The notes under the pieces were generated by a model. The model had not been told where the DNA came from, did no database searches, and worked only from the letters and a program-made list of their open reading frames with translations. Below are positions 1 through 16,377 of a stretch of 64,000 nt of DNA, piece after piece; position 1 is the first letter of the stretch, and the number at the start of each line of letters is the position of its first letter. The stretch spans positions 992,001-1,056,000 of the forward strand of contig NC_134036.1 in NCBI RefSeq assembly GCF_964204645.1. Reading direction: 5' to 3'. Source of the DNA: Tubulanus polymorphus (Eukaryota > Animalia > Nemertea). A program made the position numbers and the translations under genes.

Positions 1-195
1 TTGGTATAAGCCAATCCGATTATAAAAAGCTTACCACCAACGATTCGGTAACTAACTAATTCTGATGATGAGTGACTGTGTCTGTCACGGGGGTAGTTAG
101 TTACCTAATCGTTGGTGGTAAGCTTTTTATAATCGGATGGGCTTACCAACTTTGTGGTTTGTGAAAATATCCGATCGTGAAACTAAACCACAGAT
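1..195. mobile_element. Palindromic MITE-like element in a CCNH intron
   Basis: 1-59 and ~94-149 are an inverted repeat. A reverse-oriented partial copy of 95-195 lies at ~26088-26194. Confidence 0.7.
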
Positions 196-290
196 GGGTT
201 ACTGACTATGACGGGGGTGGACTCTGTGGTGTATACTACTTCAGTCTGTGTGTTGCGGCAGTTCAACTGATTTCACTGTTTCTGTTTCAG

Positions 291-2548
291 GAGGAATCAT
301 TTTTAACGGTTGCGGAAGAGAGATCTTTACTGCGTCATTACGAGTATATACTGAAAGAATTCTGCGCGCGGTTTCAACCTCCCGTACCGAGATGTGTCGT
401 CGTAAGAGACATCCTTTTAATCCACCACTAATTATAAAATCAATTAGCCCTAGTTCGTTTAATAAATCTCGATAAATTAACATTAAGTGTTGTTTAAAAT
501 ATTAATCATCGTTATTATATTTTAGACAAGTGAAATCTAATTAACACTGAAGCCAATTGATAGATCATTTTAATTTAATTTAATTTAATTTAATAAATCT
601 CGATAAATGACAGTGTTTTTAAGATTAATTATCATAATATTTATTGTTATTATTATATTTTAGACAGTGAAATCTAATTAGAACTGAATTGAATTAATTG
701 ATTTTCACTAATTACAGTTATATATTTGGATTAATTATTTTCTGATTTTGTTTGATAGAATACGGCTATGATTTATATGAAACGTGTTTTCCTGCATCAC
801 TCGATAATGGACTATCATCCGAGAGAGATGATGTGAGTAACTGATTATTCTCTGAGGAAGGAGAGGAAGGAGAGGAGAGCTATGATTTCACACACACCTG
901 TTTTCTGTTTCTAGGTTGGCGTGTGTTTATTTGTCGTGTAAAGTAGAGGAGTTCAACGTTTCGATCACGCAATTCGTTTCTAATTTGAAAGGTGATCGCA
1001 ACAGTTTCGCCGATCTGATTCTCGGTTGCGAGTTGCTATTGATGCAGCTGTTACACTATCACCTGACTATACACAGTCCAAGTCGCCCTCTGGAGGGATT
1101 TATCATCGACGCTAAGGTATGTCCGGGTTACAGCATGTTCGTCACAACGATATGTTCTCATCACTGATTTATATCCGAAATCTGGTAAACATAAGACTTG
1201 GACCCATGGGCTGCAGTTGCTCAAATCTTGGTTATAGTTAACCAGTGGATAGTTGACATAGTGAGTGACAACTAAAAGTACATTGTAACTATAGTAATTA
1301 TCCACCCGTTATCTTTAACCAATGGTTGAGCACCTGCAGCCCCTGCAGTTTGGGAGTTTTAGACCAAGCAGGCTGTGGGGCTTACACCTAGCAGTTTTGG
1401 AGTTTAAGACCAATCACGGGCTGCGGCTTCTCAAAAGTTGTGTAGAGTTAGCCAGCGGATAGTTGACATAGTGACAATTAAAAGTTTATTGTAACTATGC
1501 TATTTATCCGCCGGGTAACTTAAACTGCAGTCCCTGAACGTCAAGATGGTTGACTGGCTGATTTCAATCCCTGTATTCATTTTTCCTTTCTCTGAAGATG
1601 GAGTTCAGTCAAAATGTCAACTGTCAGAAAATAAATTCTTAAATATCATCAACTGTGGATTTTGCCTATTAATATCAGATTCCAACTTATCCAGATATAA
1701 ACTGTAGATTTTGAGAATATTCATGATATTTCTTTCGCCTTTTTCAGACGCGTTGCCCAGAATTTGCCGACAAAATGGACTCGTTACGGAAAGGAGCCGA
1801 AAGTTTCATCGATCGTTCGTTGAACAGCGACGTCTGCCTGCTATTCTCACCGTCCCAGGTGGCGCTAGCCGGTCTGTTACACAGCGCTAAAAAAGCCAGT
1901 TTGAATTTAGATTCTTACGTCACTAAGATTCTCGTCGGCGACGACGACGACAAAAATAAACTACCTCGACTTATCGAGCAGATTAAAAGTAACTATCAAA
2001 ATATTTCTCGATGAAATCGTGAAATTTTCCGCTTTGTGTTTATAATCTATTTCTCGCATTTAGAAATACGCCATATGGTCGGCCATATTGAACCACTGGA
2101 TCGAGAGAATGTGCGTAAAATCGAACAGAAATTGGACAAATGTCGAAACGCTGAAAATAATCCGTCAAGCGAAGTGTAAGATTGTGTTAATCAAATTGGT
2201 TGTGGGTTGAAGACAATCTGGATTCTAGATTTGGGATGTTCCGGGATCTGGGATGATCAGAGATGACCTCTATTTTGGATCTGTGACGTTCTGAATGGGA
2301 TATTCTTGGATTTTCTGGATCTGCCTTTTCAATTTCAGATATAAACGAAAGATGGAAGAAAAACTGGAGGAAAGTGAAGAAAGACAAGCGAGAAAACGAC
2401 AGAGATTAGCCGAGGTAAATATATCGAACCGAACGATGATGACGTCATAGGGGGATTCACAGGGGCAGCCATTGTTTTGATAGGTTATTCGTTTGTGATT
2501 TTACAGCAGGACAAAGAGAAGGAAAGAGAAGTGTTGGGTTTATCGTGA
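291..2548 (+). CDS. CCNH: Cyclin H, 5'-partial; exons ~291-401, 759-832, 915-1116, 1748-1988, 2064-2175, 2339-2414, 2507-2548
   Basis: GT-AG exons join in frame: FCARFQPPVPRCVV / TAMIYMKRVFLHHSIMDYHPREMM / LACVYLSCKVEEFNVSITQFV...YHLTIHSPSRPLEG / LLFSPSQVALA / KLDKCRNAENNP. These are cyclin H cyclin-box motifs. TGA at 2546-2548, AATAAA at ~2634. Confidence 0.93.
1207..1343. mobile_element. Short palindromic MITE family (GGGC..CAGTTGCTC termini, PIF/Harbinger-like); copies at ~1418-1533, 25984-26254, 43270-43380, 53758-53884
   Basis: Shared core GGATAGTTGACATAGTGACAATT with terminal inverted repeats. The 53758 copy is flanked by CTG on both sides (3-bp TSD). Confidence 0.75.
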
Positions 2549-3466
2549 AACACCTCACGCGTGACCGGTCACGTGACTGACCGCGTATCTAAAGTGGATG
2601 CATTTAAAATTGTTAGCAAAATAATTTGACTGAAATAAATTTATTGTTTATATAGATAAATATTGATTGATTAATTATGTGTTTATGGAGATTGGAAATG
2701 TTTAATCATTAAACTGGTGTTAAATGGTAGACAGCAGAAAACCCGCCCTTGACGTAGTGAGGATATTGTGGACACCTGTGGAACAGACGTGGATTGTCTC
2801 ATTGCTGGTTGCTTTAACCTGCTGTGTGGGGAGCCTTCCCAACATTATCCTGATTTGGAAAGGTTATGGAAGTCAGAATACCAAATCCGGATACCCCAAA
2901 CATCTCGGAAACCGACAAGAATAAGATGATGTTTGATAGCGAATCGAGGATCCCAGATGCATTGAGGATTCTGTCCCAGAAGAATGCAGTGAAAATTCCC
3001 AGTTTCAGGACACGCTACAAGCCTGCGTAGAAAGTACAACCAGAACCAGGGAACACGAGAAGAGTTGAGATAATAATTCAATGTTTCCTGTTCGTGTTCA
3101 AAGATAAATGATTACAATTACATTAGGTTTAACAGACGCTTAAATTCACACGACACTCACTGACTGACCAACAGCACACGACACTCACTGACTGACCAAC
3201 AGCACCACCCAGTACCGTACTGGACTATACATAATCTACAAATACAGAACCACTGAAATCAGATCCGGTCACTGTCACTGTCACTGTCACTGTCACTGTC
3301 ACTGAGTAATCAGAAAGACCTTGATGTTCCAAATGTAAATAAATACTACTATACTATGCTATGTCCACTGAAGTTATTTCAAAAAGTTGTAAAATCGAAC
3401 CCGAATAATTGTCTCCTGATTCTATACTAAAGAATCGCGATACCTGGACGGCTGAATGAAGGTTTT

Positions 3467-3715
3467 CTAATGTCTATTTCAACCTGACTTGAGAGCATTC
3501 CGGGTGGCCTAGCTCGCTCATTTTGGTAGTACATACCTGATAAAGGTCTTAATAGGACCAAAAAGGACAGGCAGTCGACCTAAATCATCATTTTTAATCC
3601 ATTTGAACTGTATCAGGTATGTACTATATCAGGTATGTTATCAGGTATGTACTATAAAAAATGAGCGAGCTAGGCCACCCGGAATGCTATCAAGTCAGGT
3701 TGAAATAGACATTAG
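3467..3715. repeat. Long inverted repeat (~75-bp arms), MITE-like
   Basis: CTAATGTCTATTTCAACCTGACTTGA...GCTCGCTCATTTT mirrored by AAAATGAGCGAGC...TCAAGTCAGGTTGAAATAGACATTAG. Confidence 0.8.
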
Positions 3716-4492
3716 TTTAAATCGCTTTAGAAATGTCGAATTCAAGGGAAATTTTGAAGTGTTTTGTTTTAAATCTATAAATGTGCGGCTTATCGTTTAT
3801 CGAGATCAGTCCTGTGTACACGGTATATATTACCTCTCAGTACACTATTCGACATATCCAGTAAAACCTGATAATAACCGATACATACATTGTTTTCTTT
3901 ACATTGACTATTATGACAGTAAATCGTAGGTAGGCCTAATCTTGCATGGAAATTTTAAGTTTTGGACTAAAAGCAACACATTTGAGCCCATAAGAATTGT
4001 TAGTAGAACTGGTAGGAACATTTCGACTTAAATGCTTCGTGGATTTCAAATTTGCAATTGCAATTTTATGTTTGAAGAGCGAAATTAAAGTAGTCCAGAT
4101 ATTTTACACTAGACAGTAAATAAACCAAATCAAAATCCTGGGCAGAGATCCACGGTTGGGAATTGTAATACATTCTGAAAACATTTAGAAATGGACTATC
4201 AGTCATTACTGAACTTTATAATTAGGTTTAAACCATTGATCGATTCGAACACGACCGTGAACTGTGGAACTGGGTCCCGAAAATACCCGACAATTCAAAC
4301 TCAATGATTCTACGTATCGTAACGTAGTGTTTGGTGTATATGACCGGTTGGACACGTATCTATGTTAAGATAAGAGATTTACTATCTGATAAAAAGCCGT
4401 TCCCAGCCCTCGCGCTACTGGTGATGTCTCACTTAAACTCGGACTGATTCGCACACGATTCAACTGACGACACTCGATCGTGCGGTCGGAAT

Positions 4493-7856
<3,364 letters not shown>

Positions 7857-7959
7857 ATTCGATAATTTGATAGACATGAATACATATATATATATATATA
7901 TATATATATTATCTATACATTTTCCATTTTGATTGTTAATTTATTTACTTCGTCGTTTT

Positions 7960-9522
7960 CTAATTTTGGTCGGGAAGTTTCCTGAGGTAGATCGCCGAGA
8001 AGGAATGAATCAGGTTCAGACCGGCCAAACCAAACGCTAGGTATCTGAACCCGACAAGGGGTAGCAGAACCGAGGCCGAGATCGATTCGCCGAATATCAG
8101 GCCGCAATGATGAATCACGTAGCTGATTGCTAGCACCGTTTCGTATCGGCTGTCGAATAGCGAATCGGCCACATCGGTTAACCAGGCCTCGAACAGCGCA
8201 GCGAACAGCCCTGTCGATATCAGCATCAGTAGCTCCGGACCCAGCGACTGCCAGACACCTCCCGAGAACGGGAACGCCGCGAACGCCGCTCCCTGCGCTA
8301 TCAACACGACCCACGCGTAAATCCAGCGGTATCGACGCGATTTAGCGATAGCCAAACCGCCTAATAGGGCGCTTACGGCGCACGTGACCAGCGAGGCGGT
8401 TTTTATGACGCCCAATTGCCACAGATGGGCTTCCAGCGTGCCCAATACCCATATGGGCGCGCACGCGACGAACGAGGCGTTCGAAATGGACCAGATACCG
8501 TCCAGCAATAACAAAACAATCACAGCCGGATTTGAAATTAACGATTTCATAACGATTGTCAATTTTTGAATCGATGATTTCTCCGCGTGCGCGGCTGTCG
8601 TGTCGTTTTCGTTCGTTTTCCCTTCGGGGGAATGGTCGACCACGCCGAACAGTCTCAACAAAAAATCGAAGGCCAGGAGCCCGAGAAGGGTCCAAAACGG
8701 GGCCTGTCGACCCGCCCAGTTGTAAATGAAAGCCCCTATCGAATAGCCCATTCCGTTACCGATCAGTCGAGCATTATAGGCGACCGCATAGGCGAAAATA
8801 CGTTTAGTCTTGTCCTGGAATACAATAGCTAACATCGTGTAGGCGGAGTTAGTCGTGATTGACGTGGCCGTGCCCAGAATCACATTAGCGATAATCAGCA
8901 TCCACCAGGCGTTAGCCAGGGCGTAGATAACAATACCACCGGCGCTTAGAAACAGACCTAGAATAAACGGACCAGAAAACCCGCATTTCAGGACCAGGGC
9001 ACCGGCGAAAAACTGAGCTACGATAGCGGTACCGTCGTGTACGGCCAGTATGACGCCGATCTGGCGTGAATTGTAATCTTTGGTCGCGTTCGACGCACAC
9101 TCCGTCGAGTTGGCGACGCCGGTGCAGTTAACAGCGCCCCCTAGCGATAGTACGGCGGAGTTGGTCATCGTTCGTAGGAATTCCGGTAAAATAACGAGCA
9201 GCGTCGATAAACACATCCGGTCAACAACCAACGCTATAGTAACGACTAACAATGATAAAACAGGTGCGCGTCGACACCTGAATAAACAGCTACCATCATC
9301 ATCATCATCAGCGCCCCCTAGCGCGATCAGGCTTATATGTTCTGGGTTCGAATTGGTGGTTTTTGAAGGGCGTGAATTTTTCGGTTTGGGGGCTGCCGAG
9401 GAGTCGTTGATGCGAGCGGCTCCGTACTGATTACCGGATTCGGGTCGGCTCCGATCTGCAGCTGCTGTATGATTTATGCTGCTGCAGCTGCTGTTGATGG
9501 TGCATGCGGACGGCTCCGCCAT
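7960..9522 (-). CDS. MFS transporter, divergent SLC18 (vesicular amine/acetylcholine transporter)-like, uninterrupted CDS
   Basis: 520-aa ORF with about 12 hydrophobic segments. TM1 LLVVTIALVVDRM resembles SLC18 IALLLDNM; glycosylated loop 1 (NCT, NST, NAT); GRQAPFWTLLGLLAFD resembles GKxAPFLVLAxLxLLD. A 5'-UTR acceptor lies at ~9559. Confidence 0.85.
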   Translation of the reverse strand: MAEPSACTINSSCSSINHTAAADRSRPESGNQYGAARINDSSAAPKPKNSRPSKTTNSNPEHISLIALGGADDDDDGSCLFRCRRAPVLSLLVVTIALVVDRMCLSTLLVILPEFLRTMTNSAVLSLGGAVNCTGVANSTECASNATKDYNSRQIGVILAVHDGTAIVAQFFAGALVLKCGFSGPFILGLFLSAGGIVIYALANAWWMLIIANVILGTATSITTNSAYTMLAIVFQDKTKRIFAYAVAYNARLIGNGMGYSIGAFIYNWAGRQAPFWTLLGLLAFDFLLRLFGVVDHSPEGKTNENDTTAAHAEKSSIQKLTIVMKSLISNPAVIVLLLLDGIWSISNASFVACAPIWVLGTLEAHLWQLGVIKTASLVTCAVSALLGGLAIAKSRRYRWIYAWVVLIAQGAAFAAFPFSGGVWQSLGPELLMLISTGLFAALFEAWLTDVADSLFDSRYETVLAISYVIHHCGLIFGESISASVLLPLVGFRYLAFGLAGLNLIHSFSAIYLRKLPDQN

Positions 9523-9951
9523 AGTGTCCGTCAGTTAAATTCAGTCTTCGTCGACGGCCTGGAGGCAACGAAAACTTTATCCGTTATTTACCGTGAGCGG
9601 CGTCTGAAATGAAATGCGATGTAGATGTGCCGTGAATTGCGCCAGTAAATTACGATACCGAGAGATGTCGGGTCACAAGATTAGACTGAGAGTCTCGCTA
9701 AAGGTCATGATAATGATGATAGAAACCTTACCTTTGTTATGTGTAATTGTAAAACTAGAAAGAAACTTTTTAATTGGACGACGACGACGGAGACCTCGAA
9801 CTCGAGGGTGAAGACGAGTTGGTCGGATAAGGCTTACACACAGTAGCGCTGTTCAAACGCGTTTACAAGTCATGTCCAAGCGAAGTTCCTCCACTGTATT
9901 AGACAAAGAGTTGAGATAATAGCCAACATACAATGCAAGTTTAAGGTATTA

Positions 9952-10495
9952 CAGTCAACACCGCATAAGTCGTCATCGAATTAGTCGTATCATCACATAT
10001 CTCGTGTAATTAATTTTGTCACGATTTTCATCTTCGTAAAACCTCATGAAATTATGCTTATTTACTCCATAAGTCGTATTTTCACGTAAGTCGTGTCAAT
10101 TCTAGAAGCCAAATCTTCTGATTCCATTCAAAATACATCGCGTAAGTCGTAGCCCGATATGCCGTATAGCAGCAGATAAAAAATTCGCTACAATATTGTC
10201 GGTGTAAGTGTTCAGACAGTTACAATGTAATTTTTTTGTGACGTTGTCCCTGCGTGGTGGACGTGGCAGCTTTAATTGATTGATTGAGCGATATATGATC
10301 TGCTGATGATACGACGAACCATGCTGGAATCTGTGAACGTCGTATATCGTATTTTCACGGGTTATTCGCGGAATTCGTATAAAACCACGACTTATAGATA
10401 ACTCGTAAAAATACGACTTACACGTTACTCGTACATCTCGTAAGTCGTAGTAAAATCGTCGGTCCCTAGGACTACGACTTATGCGGGGTTGACTG
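9952..10495. mobile_element. Tc1/mariner (pogo/Tigger-like) MITE
   Basis: TA|CAGTCAACACCGCATAAGTCG ... CGACTTATGCGGGGTTGACTG|TA, with internal reiterated TAAGTCGT motifs. Related CAGT-terminated elements lie at ~14658-14810, 44841-45222 and 48364-48510. Confidence 0.85.
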
Positions 10496-11838
10496 TACAG
10501 AGATTTTAAGGCAAAACGGAGCAGTTGGCATCCCTGCAAGTTTGAAAACTAGAGGACCAAAAGGTCTTAAGGCTCGAAACATGTAAGCTCGATCAACAAA
10601 ATCGTCGTCGGTATGGATTGATATTGCCTTAGATACGATTAGAGGGGTTGAGAAACGAACGTATCTTTTTAGCCATCGGTGCATGTTTAATCCATATACT
10701 ATCAAGTTTTACTTACTTACCATGACCACCGGATACAGTCTGCTCTCGACACAATCGCCAATAACCCATGACATAGACCAATGACCATGCAGTCCATGGG
10801 ATACAAGCTTCACATCCATGAAGCTGTTCTCAGACTGAACCAAAGGCCAACTGCTAGCTGTACCCTTAGGGCCTGGAGCTAGTCTAACGATCGACCAAGC
10901 GGCGAACAGAATGAAAATTTTTACCATTGAATCGTTGACAGATTCGAGATAACTGTCTCATCTGATGCAACCCACTTTTTCTAACCATTTGCAATTCTTC
11001 AATATCACAGTGTGGATTAAAAAAACGTTGTTGTTCAACTGCCCACCAGGGTCCACATCAGGGTATAATGTAATATGAACCTGTATTTACAAGAACTGAC
11101 CTCAAGGAAAGTTGAAATAGACGTCATAAGTCATTGAAGCAGTAAATATCCACAGCGATCTCCGTGTTCTGCTGTCGTGAGAAAGGTTTTGAGTGCGGGA
11201 ATGTTTGACCCCGGTCAACGCTCGAGTTCGGCGGTCTACTTTTAGTTTGATTACCGACGAAGTATTGATTTGTTGAGAACTGGTCAATCATTATCAGGAG
11301 TGGCCTCAATCCATTAGATTAGTATCACGAAGATTTATGGGTGAGCGGGCCCGGCGTCAGTCTAAACAGGCGTAGCTTGGAATCCACATTAGTAAATATC
11401 CGACATGCCAAAAAAACAATAAAGTTCCCCCAGAGAAGAAAGGTACAAGAAAATTATACAATGAATGTGGTCATAATTAGAGGATAAAATCGGAAATAAG
11501 GGGACGGCGGGCTAGTCGTGTCGGTGCGCCCGGGGCCACAGAGGCCGCTCCCAAAAACTACTAAGGTTCCGCACCGCTGCGCCAAGATGTTGTGTACTAC
11601 TGCTCACGAGTAGTAATGTGTTCTAGGAACTCAGATATTGGCGAGGGTAATACCAATTACGGAAAGATTTGGTTTTTTTATGATTGTTAGAAAATCGGGA
11701 TCAAATCCGTTTAGTAGCGAATAGTCCGCCACCCGATGAATAGTGGATTCTACTTCCTGCCGCGGGGTGGTGCACCGGTCGAAAACTGCGGTTTTATATA
11801 GTCATTATTGCGAATCGGTAAATCGATCTGAAGCCGCG

Positions 11839-14800
11839 ATGTCTGGTAATTTAAAAGTTTTAAACGATGATGCTGAATTTCAGACTGAACTGAACAGCGC
11901 TGGTTCAAAACTGGTCGTCGTAGATTTCTTCGCAACCTGGTAAGTTGCCCGACAGACCTGACCACCAACCAAGTCCAAAACAAACTAAAATCCATTCCGA
12001 TTTTTCCGTCAATCGGTTGATAAAGCCAAATTGATTGAGATGTCAAGAAAAACATATGCCGTATTTGCTATAACCTTAACCCTATCACTTAACCTCTGTG
12101 TACTAACGGATCTGTTTGTATTTGATTTATCTGTAGGTGCGGCCCTTGTCATCAAATCGCGCCCGTTTTTGAAGGATATGCCACCAAATATTCTAATGCC
12201 GTTTTTCTAAAAGTCGACGTCGATAAATTGACCGTAAGTCCATGAGAGACGGGTTCGACCGTACTTTAAGCGTCTAAAAAACCCGTCGAAATTTAATATT
12301 ATGATTTATTCGATGGTTTTTAGGTGGTGACGAATCGGTTCAATATCACAGCGATGCCGACCTTCACCTTCTTTAAAAACAAGGTCAAAGTCGACGAGAT
12401 AAAAGGCGCGGACCCCGTCGCACTGGAGGAAAAAATCAAAAAGCATTATCAAGAACCAGGAGAAAGTGATGAAACAGTCGAAGTTAAAGGACATGTAAGT
12501 TTGTGAAATACAATAGACTCTGGTCGATTATGAATATTAAAGATTAAACTCATGAATATTCAAACAGACCTCGTAAATATTGAAATGAACCTCATGAATA
12601 TTTACAGATTGATTTATCTAAGATGATACAGATGAATGGTTCGGAATGTTTAAACGAATCGGACGATCACACGTTGAAACACGCTCTCTCTCCTAAAGGC
12701 GGATATTTACAATCGGACTGCGACGAACAGTTGATTATTTCCCTCGAATTCTCACAACCTGTTAAACTACATTCGTTAAAGATGTACGCCCCAGACGGTA
12801 AGAGACTACAGGATCCCTACGACTCCTTGATTCCTTTAAACAGGGTCCCATGACTCCTAGACTCCTTCAAAACTCCTCCTAAACTGAAAAAGCTGTTGCT
12901 TGAAACTCCTTCCCCTTTGAGAATTAGGCATTTAGAAATTTGTGTAGTTGTACATTAAAACCATGCCTAAATCTGTAAAGTTGGGACCAGGATTTTTCAA
13001 TACCAAATTACTGGGTAGGCCAGATACTGAATTAGAAGCCAAGTTAAGGTAGTGCTGAGGATAAAACTTGCTTACAAAACACTGAATTAATGGTTTACTG
13101 AAATAAACAGTACCCATTTATGAGGAGTCTACAGTAATTGGGATAGTGATGCGGGCACTTGCTCACAATTTGAAAGTTTCTGCCTTAAAACTCCTAACAT
13201 TCAAACTCAAATTATTCAGCTGAATTTTTCAGACGGAACTGCACCAAAAACCATTAAACTTTTCACGAATCGACCGCAAACTTTAGACTTCGACTCGGCA
13301 GAGAGTATGGACGCAATTCAGAAAATACAGTAAGTTCTAAACGTTTGTCCCCTCCCCCAATCTCTCTCCCTGAGTCTCCCTATCTCTCTCTCTCTCTCTC
13401 CCTGAGTCTCCCCATCTCTCTCTCTTCCTGAGTCTATTTCATCTTGTTTCTTTTTGATCGCAGATTGACCCCGGACGATGTAAAAGAAGGAACTTTAATA
13501 CCGCTACGATACGTCAAATTCCAAAATGTTTCCAGCGTTTCGGTAGGAATGAAAATCATTTCATATTTCAACAGTGAAAACAGTTACGCTTCAAATTCGA
13601 ACACAGAAAAATGACACTAGTTTCAAAAAAGTTTGAAAAGAAACTGCCAAATTCAATGAATTTCTATAAGTCTTATTTAGTCGACTATTGGAAGTTAAAG
13701 ATTGATTCTCTAAGATTCTCTAAACATTGACTCTACCTAGAAAAGGCTGATTTCATTACGATCTAGTTTTTCACCTAAAGCACAGTCTACTTGTCGTTAA
13801 TTCAAAGATTTTTGGGGATTATTGGAAACATCGATTTTAAATAATTACGCATTATGTTAATTTTCCAGATATTCGTAAATGATAATCAAGGAGGTGAAGA
13901 GACGACCGTTATTAACTATTTAGGATTTATCGGTTCACCTGTGATGGCTACGAACATGTCCGATTTCAAACGAGTAAGTTTCAAATATCGACGAAGATGA
14001 TATTTTCGTTACCGGATGATGATTGTTATTTTCGCCGACCAGCGTTGATCAACTTTAAGATTGTTATTTTCAAGATCATTTCAAAAGATGATATTTTTTA
14101 TTTTCATCGACCAGCGTAGATCAATTTTAAGATGTTATTTTCAAGATGATTTCGTCAGATGTTATTTTCATTGGTGAAGATCTTTATTTTCGCGTTATTT
14201 AGATAAATGACGCTGACGATGCCGACGGTGGATGCGGTTGCTGCGGCAACGCAAATGATGATAACAATGATGATGATGATTATTTAACCGAGGAGGAAGA
14301 ACCTGAATTTATTTAAACGCGTTTTCAAATGATTTTAATGAGGTTTAATATTGAATTTAGACAACCGAATTTCTTAGGTCATTATTTCTCCCTGCCCTAG
14401 TAGAAATTATAAACAAATTTCCGAAAGGGTGATTTTTGAGGATATTTGGTGGATGTTAGGCTCCCCCTTCCTTCTCCATTCAGATTAGATATTTTTGAAA
14501 TTTACATTTTTCTAATGGACACTTACGTTTTGTAAAATTTGGTGATTGTTTATTTCGCGTATATTTAGATATTTTAGTCACGGATTTAATCGGAATTTGA
14601 ACCTGAATTGAGACAATGAATTCTGAGATATTTTCACCATCTGTAGAACTCTGTTTACAGTGGAACCTCGTTTTAACAATTTATCAGTTATTACAAAACT
14701 AGAATTTCATTCCAGATAAGACAATATCGATTATTTCCATACTTGATGTAACGAATTATAACTAACAGATTTTCCGGTGCCCTGAAGTTCGTTGCAATGA

Positions 14801-14928
14801 GGTTCCGCTGTATAATTTTCTAAATTCAAAGAATGTTTTAAAGACTTTTCGACATCAATAATTAACCACTAAGAAATACTTTCTTTTTATTATTTCAGGT
14901 GGCGGGAAAGAAAGGCGAGAGTCATTGA
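11839..14928 (+). CDS. TXNL1: Thioredoxin-like protein 1 (Trx + PITH domains); exons 11839-11939, 12137-12233, 12324-12494, 12608-12797, 13233-13329, 13464-13542, 13869-13973, 14899-14928
   Basis: VVDFFATW|CGPC active site spans exons 1-2. PITH motifs [30 protein letters not shown]-terminus TNMSDFKR|VAGKKGESH*. Confidence 0.96.
14203..14316 (+). CDS. TXNL1: Putative alternative terminal coding exon of TXNL1 ([37 protein letters not shown])
   Basis: Polypyrimidine tract + TAG acceptor at 14202, phase 0 like the preceding donor. Coding-like, more GC-rich island inside an AT-rich intron. Confidence 0.55.
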   Translation: MNDADDADGGCGCCGNANDDNNDDDDYLTEEEEPEFI

Positions 14929-16377
14929 TGGCGAGGGTCAATATCGAACGTACATTATTTCACCAAGAAATGAAGATTAGGAACTTAAGGGATTAATTTC
15001 ACCAGAGAATTGTGACCACATTACAACAGCGAGCGTATGAATTTGCACGAGGCGAATCGAAAATTACCACTTTTATTGCATTGTGATTAATAAACTCAAT
15101 ATTATTATTATCATTTACTGAATGGTTTTTCTTTTGAGTTTATTTTTCTTCTATCAGAGGACCGGCATCAATGATGACATGATTTTTGTAGGCTTAAGCA
15201 AAATTTAACACTTAATGCAGAAAAAGTGGCAGATGGCACTTTTTCACTTAGTGAATTGCATCAATGCCTTATCATGACTTTTCTGACTTATCACAACTAG
15301 TATCCTCATGGACAGAATGACCCTGTACGCATGATTTGATACCGCCGTACTCTTAGACCAAACTCAAAAATGGGATAAGAGTAGATTGGAACAAGAAACG
15401 AAATTCTAATATGGACTTTCCTAAATTTACACGATGATGTACCGTTTAATTCAGTATCAAAATTAAAGAAAACAATTCGTTTTTTCCAAATTATGAGTGG
15501 TAATTAGCATGAAGTTTTGGCAGAATTTCAGAGGATCGGTGCTCCAAGTAATTAAAAAAGCCTGTCTCTCCTCAATTGAATCAAGGAGTTTTTATGAAAA
15601 TCTGTCTATTGACGGGATTCTGTGATAACAGCATGAATGATGATTAATCGTGAATACATCTTCGTATTAGTGGGTTTTCCCCAATGACTCAAATAGACCG
15701 CTTTCCTCGTGCATGCTGTAAGTTATCTCGGGGTGCATGAACTGTCCGTGACTAATAAACTAATTTCATTAGTAAATGTTTACGCGGTTTCTATGATATG
15801 AAGACCTGTGTTGGTGTGAGTCCTTATCTGAAGAGCTATCGGTCGGTATTATTTATAAATCATTCTAGAATTTAAGGAAAAAACAGGCGGCGGCTAATAA
15901 ATTCGGAAGTAGCTGTTGGGAATCAAGTAATTTATTTCATGGCCTTATTAAAGTTCCTCCACTATATTGTTCAGCTGACTACTGGCGTGTATTCAACCCG
16001 GCGGTGGAACCTTTCATAATGTAAACCCATTCAACGATAGAGACACAATTGCGGTTTTTCAGAGTTGTTGATATCATTCTGACACGCGCTATTGAATACG
16101 TCACCGGCTGACCACGGTGTACACAAGCATAGGCCTCATTCACCTCTGCACACTCACACTGTGAACATGCTACCGTGGATTCTCCTCCTGGCGATCTTCG
16201 CTGCGCTCCCGCTCCTGCTCCTGCTTCCTGAGGAACGACGTCTTTATGTTTTATGTGTTACTGTTCGTCTCTGTGCTGTCCTGTACTGTTCAGTGTTTAT
16301 TAAACCGTTCTATTTTTCAGGGTCTAATCCGTTTTATTTTTCAGGGCCGATTTCTCTGTCGAATTTCGATGTTTGCT

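Noticed and set aside
1585-1640. CTGAAGA motif suggesting another hammerhead
   Set aside because: No GAAA core after a credible stem II.
2724-3090. Short ORFs between CCNH and the protease, possibly a small secreted-protein relic on the minus strand
   Set aside because: Stops occur in all frames and there is no recognisable motif or complete exon structure.
7913-9430. Overlapping alternative ORFs within the transporter gene
   Set aside because: Shadow frames of a GC-rich CDS.
7960-9522. Cholinergic locus (VAChT nested in ChAT) or bacterial horizontal transfer
   Set aside because: There are no ChAT exons nearby. The protein has animal SLC18 features (glycosylated luminal loop) and a spliceosomal acceptor in its 5' UTR.
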